Positions 15,298-29,110 of a stretch of 64,000 nt of DNA are shown here, piece after piece; the stretch's first letter is position 1; each line of letters starts with the position of its first letter. The notes under the pieces were generated by a model that saw only the letters and a program-made list of their open reading frames with translations, did no database searches and was not told the origin of the DNA. Source of the stretch: Octopus vulgaris (lineage: Eukaryota); the NCBI GenBank assembly GCA_951406725.2, contig OX597825.1:38192001-38256000 (forward strand). The letters run 5' to 3'. The position numbers and the translations under genes are program-made.

Positions 15298-15300
<3 letters not shown>
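15050..15300. repeat. Inverted repeat (~60 bp arms) flanking a (TA)n tract
   Basis: TTGTACTTCGGGATGGTAATTTT...TTTGCCAAATAAACAC versus GTGCTTATTTGGCAAA...AAAATGACCATCTCGAAGTACAA. Confidence 0.75.
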
Positions 15301-15359
<59 letters not shown>

Positions 15360-16868
15360 GCATACATATATACACAGATATATATATATATATATATATG
15401 TATGTGAGCTACATAGATAGATATAACACGTGAGCATTGTTGTGTGTTCGTGCGTGTGTTTTTCATCTTGCCTCCGGAGTATTTACTGCTTAATATGACA
15501 TTATAACTCCTAATTCTACAATAAAATTTTAATATGTTATCGTGATGTCATTATTTGTGAAATATATTTTCCATTTCATGTATTTCATATATTCATTTTC
15601 TAAACTCACTTCCTATTTTCCATGTACCTCTAACTCCATTATATTATTTCTTTACTTAATGATGTGCAAAAACGTGAAACATACCAGAAATATATTTCTA
15701 TAAAAACGGACTAAAATCTTCCTTTACCTACGGGATAATATCATATTTCTGTGCTCATTTTTGTAACATTTCATGTGAAATGGTTTCAGTATCTATCACT
15801 AAATCTTTATTGCACAGTTTATCAACGTGATAAACTCACTTGAGAATTATCAGACATTAACGATCAATTTACAATATTTCAGGCATTTCAACATTAGTGA
15901 AGACACGGTTGAAGAGAAGGTGTATAAGTAGAATATAGGAAAATGTGCTGTAATATATTAAAGTAAAATCAGTAAAAAATGTTCATCAGGATGTCGAAGA
16001 CATTAACGTTAATCAAACCCAATCTAAATTCAGAATATAAATTAATCTGTGTATTATTCTGTAATGAGTTAAGCATATGTCGAAAACTAAGCAGCAATAC
16101 GACATTTACATTATTCATTAAAATTCAATTATCTCTTATATAGAAAAGGAAATGGTATTGGAGGAACACCAAAGAACTTAAGTACTTTGTAAAACCCCCT
16201 TTTTTTCTTATAGATTACACTGCTATTTCTGATATTTACCTCATCGGAATATATATTAAAAAAGTTTCTTCGAATATCGACTTTAAAAGGGAACACAATG
16301 TGTAGCACACTGAGTAATCTCCATTATGATCCTGGATTATAAATCATAAAATAATAGAAGTACTGAAATGCATTACAATTTGTATAGAGGTGTTTGGAAT
16401 ATATATATTACTTGCATGACTACATCTGAGGTATTGCATGGTTTATTTCGTTGCAAAGACTATGGTTTCATATGAATGCATGGTAGTGTATGACGATTTT
16501 AAAAACAGAACAATGTGCTTCTTTAAAATCAAGTGAATAGAGTCATGTATATACACTCATGTACAAACCAAGTTTATTCAATACCGTTACCAAATATTCA
16601 AATAAGATTTTACTCACTACCTAGCGTGTAAAAGACTGGTAATAGTATGTATAAATATGCATAGTACATACATACATGCACATAGAAGCACGCACATACA
16701 CAAACACACACACACACACATATACATATATACATACATATATATATATATACATATATATATATATGATGACATTCTTTGTCTTTCGTTCATCTGTTAT
16801 TAAGTACATGTTCGCCGTATGTTTATTTTCTACATGGCTTTTTTAAAGTTTATACATACATACAAACG

Positions 16869-16900
<32 letters not shown>

Positions 16901-18735
16901 CATATTATATATATATATATATATTTTAATGATGAGCTTGCTTGTAAGCTTATACAAAATCGCGCAATGAAGAAGTAGCAATGTAAGAGTGAGAGAGAGA
17001 AGAGACAAAATGATAATAACAATGAGAGAGGAAATGGTAACAAACAGCGCATCTCGCTCTCTATCAACAAAAATCTTTTCACCTTATTGATGAACGCTGC
17101 TTCTCTCTCTTTCTCTCTCTATCTATCTACAGACGTTCACACACTCTCCCTCTCACTATCCTCCTCTCAGTCTCTCTCAACAACAACATTTTCATTTGAT
17201 AAATGATGATTTTTTTTTTCTTTGGTAAATATTAATAACAATATATAAGTAAATAACATTTTTGCGCCTCAAAATTATTTTTGCTGTATCTCTATGGATG
17301 TTTGACTGTTCTAGAAGATTTTCTGCTTAAAAAAGTTTCTAAGTTAATAGAATATAAAATAAGTAGTAATTTCTAAGTTATAGAATTAAAATATTGTCTA
17401 TTGAAAGAAAGCTTGATTATATTGTATGTTTAAAAAAAGCAAGATATAAAAGGAAGGTAATTATAAATATTTACAAATACTTGTCGATACTGTGATGTTT
17501 GTAAATATTTATGAATGAAGTACTTTGCTAAGGCGGTGAAGTTTGTCTTCAAGATCTTTTCCCGTTTCAAGCGGGAGAGAGAAAAAGAGAGAGAAAGTGA
17601 GACAGACAGAGATACAGAACGTGCAGATGTTGCTGGAAAAAATAATAAGACTTTGTGTATGCCATTAATGTAATCCTGTGTAATTTTGGTCGTTTTATGG
17701 TTACGTATAGAAATATAAATAAACTAACGTATACACACACAAATATACACATTTGTTTTGAAGTGTGATTTTTTCCTCTTATCAGGTATGTCATATTTTC
17801 CGCAGTCATTTTATTTAATCCTGAAAATGTTATTTATGTAACACACGCATTTACCCATTTGTAAAATTATTCAAAGAATATTTTTATGCCACTCTGTCTC
17901 TTTCCTTTACTTTGCTTGTCTTGTTTGCTTTCTCTCTCTCTCTCTTTCATTCTCCCTCTCTCCTTCTCTCTCTCATTCTTTGTCTTTCTTTGTTACGCTC
18001 CTCTCACTATCATGACAACCGAAAGCGCTGTCAATCCTTTTCTCGTTGCCCTCGAGCGGACTGGTCACGATTTTCTGAGCTCCTAGCTTCTATTTAATTT
18101 CATTTCCCTCTTTATCTCTCTCTCTCCTTCTCTGCTCCTCCTCCTCTCTAAATTTTCCTTCTTTGTCTCACTCACACCCTCCTTTCTTAATTTCCTTTCT
18201 TTGTCTCTTTCTCTCTCTCTAGCTTTTTGTATCTCGCTCTCTGTCATTTTCTGTTAGTTTCCTCCTACTATCACGTGAACAACGACAGCCTAAAACAGCT
18301 ACATTCTTTTTTTTGCGTTTCCTTCGACCGGACTGGATACGATTTTCGGAGCGCCCTGCTCTACCCACCCGTGTTGATAGCGCTTTAGGGTAGACTTTCA
18401 TTTTACCTTCGCGTTGCCCATTCTTGTATTGTCTTGCAGCTTGAATGCTGTTTTTACTGGACACATATTATCATTTTAATTGTTGTTTTCGTGTGTCTCT
18501 AGGCGTTTATTCTATTTATTATTTTTATTTGTTAATTTTGGTCCCATTTCCTGCAAATTTAGTATCAGTGCCTCTAGAACGGAAACAATATTATCGATAA
18601 TGGCCGAACTAGCGCTTGACAGTCTGGTCTATAACTGAAGAGATGTTGCCCTTCTCTGTTTTCCGTTCGTCTCTGTATTTAGTATGTTTGTAGGCTTATT
18701 TGCAGCATATTTTTGAATTATCCATCTATCTATTC

Positions 18736-18824
<89 letters not shown>

Positions 18825-18826
<2 letters not shown>

Positions 18827-19224
18827 CACAGGAGTGGCCGTGTGGTAAGTAGCTTGCTAACCAACCACATGGTTCCGGGTTCAGTCCCACTGCGTGGCAC
18901 CTTGGGCAAGTGTCTTCTACTATAGCCTCGGGCCGACCAAAGCCTTGTGAGTGGATTTCATAGACGGAAACTGAAAAAAGCCCGTCGTATATATGTATAT
19001 ATATATGCGTGTGTGTTTGTGTGTCTGTGTTTGTCCCTCTAGCATTGCTTGACAACCGATGCTGGTGTATTTATATCCCGTTACTTAGCGTTTCGACAAA
19101 AGAGACCGATAGAATAAGTACTGGGCTTACAAAAGAATAAGTCCCAGGGTCGAGTTGCTCGATGAAAGGCGGTGCTCCAGTATGGCCGCAGTCAAATGAC
19201 TGAAACAAGTAAAAGAGTAAAAGA

Positions 19225-19225
<1 letters not shown>
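18825..19225 (+). mobile_element. Full-length tRNA-derived CORE-type SINE (octopus OR-like; family 1)
   Basis: A-box TGGCCGTGTGG, B-box GGTTCAGTCCC, CORE-like GCACCTTGGGCAAGTGTCTT, internal (TA)/(TG) tract, tail (GTAAAAGA)2; inserted in (TA)n; homologous to 5561-5858 and 36461-36841. Confidence 0.88.
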
Positions 19226-19276
<51 letters not shown>

Positions 19277-20084
19277 GTATGTCATTTTCCGTTATTTTTT
19301 AATTTAAAGCAGAATACATATATATAAATATAAATATTTGCATTGGGAACTCCTTTCATCGAAAACCGGTGATTGTCGTACGCTGATTATGAGTCAATAC
19401 CCAGAAACTGCAGTCCGTGCGTATCACTTAGGTTGACGAGGGAAGGATGACCTCCCTTTGCAAATACCGTTAGGGCACAAAAGGTGTGCCTAAAGCCAGC
19501 TGGAGATGTTCTCCTGGGGCTACAAGCTACAGTAACACCCACCCTTAGTGGTTAGCCATATTGAGATGGCAAATATATCTCAGATTGTCGTGCAGTTACT
19601 GTTTATACCTCGTTCAGAGATTTATTATTGCTTATATATATTATTATTATTATTATGATATATATATATATATAGATATAAAGGTATACCCACACATACA
19701 TGAATATATATAGACATATTTATGTACATATATGTAGATAGATACACACACACACACGTATATAATCTAAATAATAAGACAAATAAGTTAATAAACACCT
19801 TTTTAATTATTTTTTACATTTGTTTCTGTAACAAATGTGCTTACATCTCTAGTTTACGCAATATTACATACATTTCCACTTCAGTGTTCATACAGAAACA
19901 ATCGTATCGGATCATTACTAAGATCCTAAAGGATTTTTTGTCGTATTATTTGGATTATAGTTTACACTTCGCTACACCTACACAATGGTTTTACTGAGGT
20001 GAAACCAGGGTTTTCTAAATTTAGTCTCCATTGAAACCCTACCAGGTTATAATATCTCTCTATACCCTTCTCTCTGTCTCCCTC

Positions 20085-20200
20085 TATATCTATCTAACTA
20101 TCTGTCTATCTATCTATCTACCCATCTATCTATCTACCTACCTAATACCTACCTACCGACCTACCTACCTACCTACCTACCTACCTACCTACCTACCTAC

Positions 20201-20281
<81 letters not shown>
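20085..20281. repeat. (TACC)n/(TATC)n tetranucleotide array, 5' flank of the LINE
   Basis: Direct reading. Confidence 0.95.
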
Positions 20282-20282
<1 letters not shown>

Positions 20283-22369
20283 CGATACGGTGGACCATCG
20301 ATACTTGGAGGCGGTCCTCAGAGCGGCTGGCTTCGGTCCCGTCTTCCGCGGCTGGATAGCCGCTTTGTACAGAGGCATCCGTTCGGTAATTCGCGTGAAT
20401 GGACATCTATCGGGACCCTTCGACATCGCACGTTCGGTCCGTCAGGGGTGCCCCCTCTCGTCGCCTCTATACGTATTGACTCTCGAGCCATTATTGCGGA
20501 AGCTGGCAACTTTGAGGGGCATCCCGCGAGAACTGGGATGCGGGACGAGCGTGTCTGCATACGCGGACGACGTCACCGTCATAGTGTCTAGCCACGAGCA
20601 CATCGAGCAGGTCGGCGAGACGCTGAAAAACTACGAAGCGGTGACAGGAGCGAAAATCAACCGGGAAAAGTCAGTGGGCTTGCGACTAGGCACCTGGAGA
20701 AGCAAGCCCATGCCGTCCACCAGCGCCCCCCGTCGTGGGACGCTGGATCCGACGGCCCGGTTGAGTTGCTCGGTGTCTGGTTTGGTCCGGACCTCCAAGT
20801 GGAGAAGAACTGGATCGAGATAACGAGTAGGGTGGTCACTCTCGCCCGGTAATGGGCCGAGAGGAAACTGTCCCTAAAAGGTGGGGCGGAGGTGGCGAAC
20901 ACGTATATCGCGTCCGTCATCTACTACCGCCTGACCGTCGTACCTTGTCCCGACCCTACCATCACCAAACTACAACGCATTCTCTTTCGCTTCTTGTGGA
21001 AAGGATGTGTCCCGATGGTCAGGCGATCCATTTGCTGTCAACATCCGTTAAAAGGAGGACTGGGCATGCCGTGGTTGATGATGCGCAGACACGCGCTGAG
21101 ACTGCGACATCTCAGGCTCTTCGTAGACGACGGTGAACAGGTGTGGTCGCCGTTTGTGAGGCACGCTTTCCCGCAGCTCGTCTCCATGACCGAACTGCAG
21201 TCATGGATCAAAAAGAGGCCGAGGAAGGGCGAATGGCACCGCGTGTGTCGCGTTGCTCTCAAGCAACTCTGCCGTCCTGGGTCGACCTTGAGTGACTTCA
21301 TCACAACCAAAGCATTCTATAGGGGATTAGTGGAGGGGAGGTACGACGACGAGCTCGGGGCGAACCTGGACGTCGACGAGGAGTACCTGACCTGCCTATT
21401 CCGGACGACTTTCGGGCCAGGGCCCATGGACAACTTCCAGAGATCCCTGGCCTGGCAGTGCTACCGTTCGGGATAAGCTCTACAGACACGGCTCGAGAAA
21501 CACGGGGCCGACCTGCCCGAGATGCGGTCAGAGCGATGAAACCGTTCTGCACGCACTCGTGCAGTGTCCAACAATTTCCGACCTGTGGGCTTATGTCGAA
21601 CAACTGCTGTCACGTGTGGGATTAGTCGGTTTATCAGCTGAGTCTATCGTCAATATTGTCACGCCTCCTTCCTTCAAACGGGAAGGAAGAGCTATTTTCA
21701 TCATCCTTGTGGCTATGGCGAAAGAATGTATCTGGTGGACGCGTCTGAAAGGATTGGAGACAAACACTTTCCTCTCTGGGCAATCTCTCATCAACTTCTT
21801 CAAGTACCACTTGAAAAGGAAAGTGAGAGTAGAGAGGCAAGTTTTGTCTAGCGAATGTTTTAAAAAAAGATGGGTGAATGTAGCAAGGATGGCACGTATG
21901 AATGACGAAGCCACCTTGAGCATAATCCTATGAACCTAGAAATTGAAAACAGAGGGTTACCCACTCGCAAACAAATGTGGTAACATATAACAATATTGAC
22001 CAAGGTTACCGTGGTCTTTTTCGTAGGCTTTTCTTCCCACGGATAAACCTTACTTGCTTTCCCCTTTACACCATATATCATAACACTGTGATACACGATC
22101 CTTATTGATCCTTTTTTTCCTCTTCCCTTTTTAATCCCCTTTTTCTTCTTTTTTCATTTCTCTTTTCTTTTGTTCCTTTTCCTTTTCTTTTTTTTATGTT
22201 TATTTTTGTTTTTTTTTTCTTCCCTTTTACGATCCCTCTTGATCGAAAACCTACGCCACCCCCTTTTTTTGTTTCTTTTGTTTTTTGTTTTTTTCATCCC
22301 GCCAAAGAAAAGCTCTACCATTGTAACTTGTCCCATCTGTGTGCAGCCCTGTGTGGCCAATAAAGAAAC

Positions 22370-22370
<1 letters not shown>
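20282..22370 (+). mobile_element. 5'-truncated non-LTR retrotransposon, L1/Tx1 clade (RT + C-terminal CCHC finger + 3'UTR), disrupted ORF2
   Basis: RT motifs DTVDH (FDRVDH-like), SVRQGCPLSSPLY, AYADD, GAKINREKS, LLGVWF, GGLGMP; CX2CX8HX4C finger CPRCGQSDETVLHALVQC (~21514-21567); ORF ends 21933; frameshifts near 20730, 20880, 21470 and a TAA near 20850; T-rich 3'UTR with AATAAA at 22359-22364; GC-rich relative to flanks; (TATC)n on both sides. Confidence 0.93.
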
Positions 22371-22440
<70 letters not shown>

Positions 22441-22450
22441 CCTATTTATC

Positions 22451-22500
<50 letters not shown>

Positions 22501-22528
22501 TCAACCAACCTATCTACCTACCTATCTA

Positions 22529-22561
<33 letters not shown>

Positions 22562-22690
22562 CAACGTATCTATCTACCTACCTACCTACCAAATTACCTA
22601 TCTATCTATCTATCTATCTATCTAACTATCTATCTATCTATTTATCTATCCATCTATCTATCTATCTATCTACCTACCTATCTATCTATC
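22371..22690. repeat. (TATC)n/(TA)n array, 3' flank of the LINE
   Basis: Direct reading. Confidence 0.95.
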
Positions 22691-22915
22691 ACATTGTGTC
22701 TGGAGAGAGTCATTCTCTATTAGTGCCTTATATAACATACCCTCTAGTTGGATGTCGACTCATTTAGTTATTTATTAAAAAAAATTTAAATGAGTGGAAA
22801 TTATTGACTGTGTTAAATAATATGGCACTAAAAGAGAATGACTCTGCCGAGACACAATAAAATATGCTTCATCACACGAATTCACATAAAAAATCTTGGA
22901 AACCAAAGACAAAAA

Positions 22916-22956
<41 letters not shown>

Positions 22957-23569
22957 CACACCTATTTAGACATACACCCACGCGCACACACATAGACACA
23001 TACACACAGACACACACTTATATATGGTCACTTGTTTATATTTTCACATTTGCTTCCCAATTCTAATAATTTTTATGTTATTGTCTGCTTTTGTGCCTTT
23101 GCTGCCAAATGTTCTTTTCCAGACGCATATTTTGGCTTTCTTTCGGTTGAACCCACAGAGATGCCAAAATGAACTGCTGGATTTGTCCGTTAATTTCTGT
23201 AAAAAAATGTTTATGTATTTACTTTTGTTTTAAAGTGAAAGAGAGGAGAAAGTGGAACTTGTATGTACGTGTATATGAAATGGACGTGTGTATGTGTGTG
23301 TGTGTGTGCGTGTGTGTGTGTGTGTGTATGGAATAACGTAGGTAGATATGCGCAGTATAAACACAAAAAGGAAAATTCAATCGTCACTAATTGTGATTCA
23401 TTGTGTTGGGTAGCAGCACTGTTGCTAGAAATAAGAGTATAAGCCTTTAGAATTGCAAAGACGCACATTTTCATATACTGATAGGGAGATAACCGACATG
23501 TGCGTGAAGCTAGATCACTTGAGACTGGATTAATTTCGTCTGTAAAATTGCAAATTCTCAGCAATATGG

Positions 23570-24270
23570 TTACTTTCTACGTATATTTTCTATTTAGTAT
23601 TGGGGATGTTTCATTTATGAGGACATACTCCTGTATCTTTCTGAGTGTTGTGTTCTTCGCGTGCTTGTATAAAATGCGGATGTCAAGTTAACCTAGGTTG
23701 CCTTCATGTTGGCCCTCGGCATGCTGGTAGAGTATAGAGGACTGCTTTTTGTCGCCATATAGTCTCAAATGTACATTTAGTGTTTCCGCAATGCTCCTAG
23801 ATGTCTCTTCTATGTATGTCATGTTCTTGTCTTTACAAACACCTTCTTATCGTTGGTGCACAAGGCATTCTCAAATAAATAGTTGTGATGGTTGTGATCT
23901 GATGGAGTTCCCTGGTTTTCAATGATCTTAATGTTGAGTTTGGTCTCCTTCAGAGCTTTCGTAAATCTGCGGGCTAGTTCTCCATAAACTGTGGTCTCTA
24001 CAAGCATCACTCCTTGATATTTGACGGTTTTGTACCACGTGTTCACCCTGTTTGCTTTGTCACAAGCTCTTTGAATTCTATTCCTGTCTGATTGGAATAA
24101 TAATAAACACACATTATACATTCGTTCTTCACTCACTTATTACTGTTCTTATTCTAACTCATGCCCATTGTCAGGAAATCTTTCGTCACACATCTGTGAC
24201 ACTTTTTGTCTTCGTGTGTGCTCTTTCTCTGCTTATCCCATTCTGACAGCGGAATATGTTCAACATTATC
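23570..24270 (-). mobile_element. Penelope-like retroelement 3' fragment, second family (linker + GIY-YIG), decayed
   Basis: NTWYK...GVMLVETTVYGELARRF...LNIKIIENQG, then in a shifted frame TYIEETSRSIAETLNVH (YIGETSRS-like) and LRKIQEYVLINETSPILNRK. Confidence 0.75.
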
Positions 24271-25779
24271 GATGTTCAAACTAATTTCAAACAACTGTTT
24301 AATAACTATGTGAGGATATACATTTGGTTCCCTACTTTCCACATGTTTGCAGGAATTGTTTTAAACACATTTAAACACTTGAGATTTGCCGTTAGTTTTC
24401 TTGAATATTCTGTCTTTTGGTAGACCCGAAAGTAGCGGTAATAGCCAGACATCATCCATTTCGTATAGCGTCTAGTCAAAAAACCAGTTGATAATATTTT
24501 TGTTTTTCTTTCATTTAATTAATCATTAATTTTTGCAGAGAATTTACTAGAATATAGATGTCTTAAATACTAATGTTTTTATTTTGTTTTGTTTAGCTGT
24601 CTTACCTTATAAGGAGGAGTTTGATTCAGCAATTAATCATAACGTAATAAACCTCTCAGAAGGGGGAAAGTCAACAACAACGCCTTGTCACAAATGTAAC
24701 AACATATTTAACAGAAATTATGTGTGTGTGTGAGAGTGCGCGTGTCGGTGTGTATACGTGTGTGTGTTTGAGTGCGCACGCGTGTGTGTATACGTGTGTG
24801 TATGTGTATGTGCGTATTCCTGTACGGAGTCAATTATTACAGAGACGATTATTCTCCATTAGACACTGGTACTTTATTCCTCCAATTTCAGCGACAAGAA
24901 CTAATAAGAAAATGAAAGAAAAAGGGAAATAATGAATATTAAACTGAATGTAAAAATTATCTCCGTTAGAAGTAAGCGTCTCTCTTCTATTATGAATGGT
25001 TTTTTATTGCTTTAATTTTGTAATAGGCATCAAGTGTAGAAGGGAATTCAAGTAGGTAATAAAATAATGTTCACTTCTTTTTATTTTAAACAAACAAGTT
25101 ATTTCAACGAGCAGAAATTGTTGTAACACCATTAATACAGTCTGATATTTGTACACGTCAATTTTTAGATAATGTTTTGTAGTTCATATAGTTATTCAAT
25201 TTAAGTAATCAAGATGTTATGTAAATGATGAATGTTATGCACTCTTAATTTACTTAGTTTTGTCTCCTATTCTGCATTTGAACTGCGAGTTCTCTGTTGC
25301 ATAAACGCTTAAACAGTACACTAAAACTTGTACAAAAATTTTAACTTTGCTTGAAACGGCGTATAATCTAAATTTCTAATCGTGCAACATACTTTATATT
25401 ATATGACATGTCTACATTTCCAAAGTGAGTATTGATATGCATACTACTCTGAATTATTTATCGCTAGCAAATATCCATAATCTGTTACTAGCTGCATATT
25501 TATGATAACTCAACTGTCGATTAGGTGCTGTTAGCTTTGAAGGAAGTCTAAAAACACAATTATCCGGGAGGATCTATGACAAATAACATTAAATTTTTGT
25601 GTCTACTGAAAGTAACTGTTGTGTTGTGACCACCTTGCTTATGTTTCCCGTTGGAACTAGATTTATTTACATTTACATCACTTAAGGATTCATGGTCACA
25701 GAAAGTGACCCCGTCATCAGACGAAAAGTCTTTAAAAAATGAATATTTCATAAAAGTAATTTAAAATGTTTTCTATCAG

Positions 25780-26445
25780 GGAGTACGCTGGCCGATAGCA
25801 AGGTAGGTGTATTAGTTCATTGGTAGAGCAGACAGGTATATGATCTCATTTGTACAGTAGTTTGTTAGCATTCATTAAGGCTTTTCAGAGGTAACTGTCT
25901 CTGCGCGGAGAGATAACAAATTTGTTGGTGTCAGGTTACGTGAACTTGCATAATCTGGAGGGCTGAAGGGTTACAGAATGCTGTTTAGTGATAGTTTTTG
26001 TACATAGTGTGGTATTGTGTATCGTTCAGCTAGGTTATCAGTGGTCAATGGTTTGAAGCTTATTCACAGTTGCTTATCTTCCTGGACAGTGATAGTGTAA
26101 AGGGATTTCCTTATAAATAGATATGACAAATGTCTCGTGGATACAAATTTAGCAGCTATGAACTGCATAGTCAGTAAGGAGAAACCATGTGAAGTATATC
26201 TAAATATCGTTGATGAAGTCGCTTTCATGATCTCAGTGTCTTCAGATGAAAGCTGTAAGGTTGGTGGAGTTTTCCATATCTCTGGACCAGAAAGTATGTT
26301 GCACAACTCTTAAATTTGTAATATCGATTTTGATCCCCTTGTGATGTCGCATGATGCCATTGTATTGTATGCAGCTCTATCTCACTGAAAGTGCAGTTAT
26401 ACTTTGGTAATTACAGATTGCGAGGCATAGGGGAAACTGTATGTT

Positions 26446-26496
<51 letters not shown>

Positions 26497-27400
26497 GTGT
26501 GTGTGTGTGTGTGTATGTGTGTGTGTGTGTGTCTGTGTATGTGTGTGTACAGCTAAAGAGTAGATTTCTTGATGCTATTGAAATGATGAAAGGCTTGCTA
26601 AATTTATGAGGGTCATAGAAAATGCTTAGCGTCAGAAAAGGTGTAGTGATATTAGTGTTTTAATCAGTTTATTTATGTATTTCTCCATCTATTCAAGCTT
26701 GGGGTGGAAATGTGAGATACTCCATAAAGCTGAAATTCAGTAGCAACTGGTTGCAGTGTTGTGCATTCTTTTGAATATCTACATCGTATGAAAGATTGGC
26801 GATTCTTCTGCTTATTACTGTGATCAGGTTAGGGAGTACTTGGATTCTCCTTGAACATGAAAATGTTTCCTCGACTATTTTCTGTTGAAGTAGTGTCGGC
26901 TTTCATTTACTGAGGCCAAATGTAGCTTGTAGGATATTGGATATTGTTATATCAGGTTAGCTCTTATAGTTAGGTTAAAATCTTTAAAAAAAACACATAT
27001 TCGTCATACATCCTACATATTTATAATGCGTCCATTTATATAGCACGAGATAGCTACAACTTCCTCACTGTGCAATGCAAAAATGGGCGGGTTAGTAAGG
27101 GTTTTGAAGGTGGCCAGGATAAACAACCCAACAAGTTTAGTGTTCTCAGTTCCATAAGTGCGCTCTTGGAATACATAGAAAAGCAGGTTACTCCCTGTTA
27201 CATCAATTACGAATCCTCCTGAAACAGGAGTGCATGCTTTCAATTTATAATGATTTTATATTGTGATCATTAACATTCTCAACATTTCTACTGAAGCGTA
27301 TAGGCTTGATGCGGATCTATATTTGAGCGGTATTTACAATAACAAAGTAGGTCAAATTTCTGGCCAATTTACTTTCTATGCTTTGGAACTAAGAACTAAA
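25780..27400 (-). mobile_element. Highly decayed LINE ORF2 remnant (APE to RT N-terminus)
   Basis: Weak ordered resemblances: EEVVAISCY (GGGVAIY-like), ITVQE, CYRPA (NYRPI-like). Confidence 0.3.
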
Positions 27401-28897
27401 ATGTCACTACTATCGCATTCATCCATTCAGTTATCTGAGTAGAGATCATCGGGAATAGGTTTAATTTGCTTCTCCCAATTTGAGCGGTTGATAAACATGT
27501 GTTTAGGGAGGGATACGAAGTTGAGACGAGACACACGTTCTTCTCTAGTTAGAAGTGATGATAATTCGGTCGCTTTAGTTTTTCAGTGAATTTATGTTGA
27601 AATGTTTTTCATGTGATTTTGTTGATAATGATTCTGAGCAATGTGTGTGTGTGTGTATGTGTGCGTGTGCGTGTGTCTGTGCATGTGGGTGAGTATGTAT
27701 AAAAAAACACGAAGTGAAATATCCTCAAAAAACTTTCAAGACTTATGAAGATATAAATATTATATAAGAAAGCATATTTACATATAAGTGTAGCTTTTGA
27801 TATTCGTACGTTTGAAGATGAACATGTAAAACGGATCAGATTAAAGAAAATCTATTTTCTCCAGAAATATGTAGCTACGGCTCAATGAAATTATTTCTTC
27901 ACTTGTACAGAAATAGCAAATTTTCGGTTGTGTAACACACTACATATACAATTTCAACGAAAATGTTAACCAAAGTTTAGGTTTACGAGCGATATTCTTT
28001 AAAGAGTCACCGACTCTCGATCGATATTATGAATCCTTGGGGGTAATTTAAAGAAACCAGCAGTAAAATAAACATTGTGTAAATGATGTTTCTAAGTCGA
28101 GTAACGAAAGTGTATTTTATCTAATTCAAAAATTAAAGCAAGTGGCTAATTTTTTGAAACAAAGCCAGCACAATATTTGAAGCATATTTGAAACCCTTCA
28201 CATTCTATAACAATGACCGGCTGATAAATTAGTAATTTATATTTCTCTGAAATATCTGTAAATTTCTGCAACAGACAGCAGAATTAGGAACTCAAGAGTG
28301 CATTATGTATTATCTGGAGAGAGGGAACTTTGATGTTAAATCAAGTATGAAATTATAGATTTTCTCTACTGGCATATTTGCGCTTGTAACTGGCATTGGG
28401 TTAATACAATTTTTGCAGTTGTAGTGTTCTTTTGATGTTTCTGTTTAATATTCCACATCTTGTATCAAATGTTATGAATGATATAACTAAAAATAAAACA
28501 ATTAAACAGTTTCATGAATACTAAATTTCAAATTTATGTTTGGTGCATATTTTGAGAAGGATTGATGCCAAAGCTATTCCATAATTAAGAGGTAGGAAAA
28601 TATGTCTGTACATATATTCATATGTCTATACACACAGTACATTCATAGTAACTTCATAAGAATTGTATTTAGCCTGAATAATGTTTCCAGGGGTTGTCGA
28701 TTGTATACAGTATAGAACAGGCGTTTATATATGTATGCGCTCATTCATTCATACATATATTCACATGTGTGTATGCGTATATATATGTGTACGCACATAC
28801 ACAAACACGCACACACACATATTCACACACACACACACATATATATATATATGATTACTTTGAACTAACGTTTCCAATATTTGATGTATTCATACAA

Positions 28898-28999
<102 letters not shown>

Positions 29000-29023
29000 A
29001 TCAACACGGATATCCAGAGGTAA

Positions 29024-29110
29024 TGCAGTACGATCGTTTCATGCGACTCCATTTAATTGAACAATGAAAATATTACATCAATTTAAAATGTAGAGCATTC
29101 TTCAGCTGCA
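29024..29110 (-). ncRNA. Type I hammerhead, family C (long stem II, intact core)
   Basis: Minus strand UGCAG-CUGAAGA-AUGC...~50 nt...GCAU-GAAA-CGAUCG-UA-CUGCA; stem I UGCAG/CUGCA, palindromic ACGAUCGU stem III, GUA cleavage triplet. Confidence 0.85.

Noticed and set aside
18825-18895. tRNA gene (also 57678-57735, 34945-35030)
   Set aside because: A/B boxes run into SINE bodies; no complete cloverleaf or terminator
19500-19545. GGGGCTACAAGC...TAACAC resembling twister ribozyme elements
   Set aside because: Order and pseudoknot pairings do not fit any twister permutation by eye
20318-21923. Minus-strand ORFs overlapping the LINE
   Set aside because: Shadow ORFs expected in GC-rich coding sequence; no motifs
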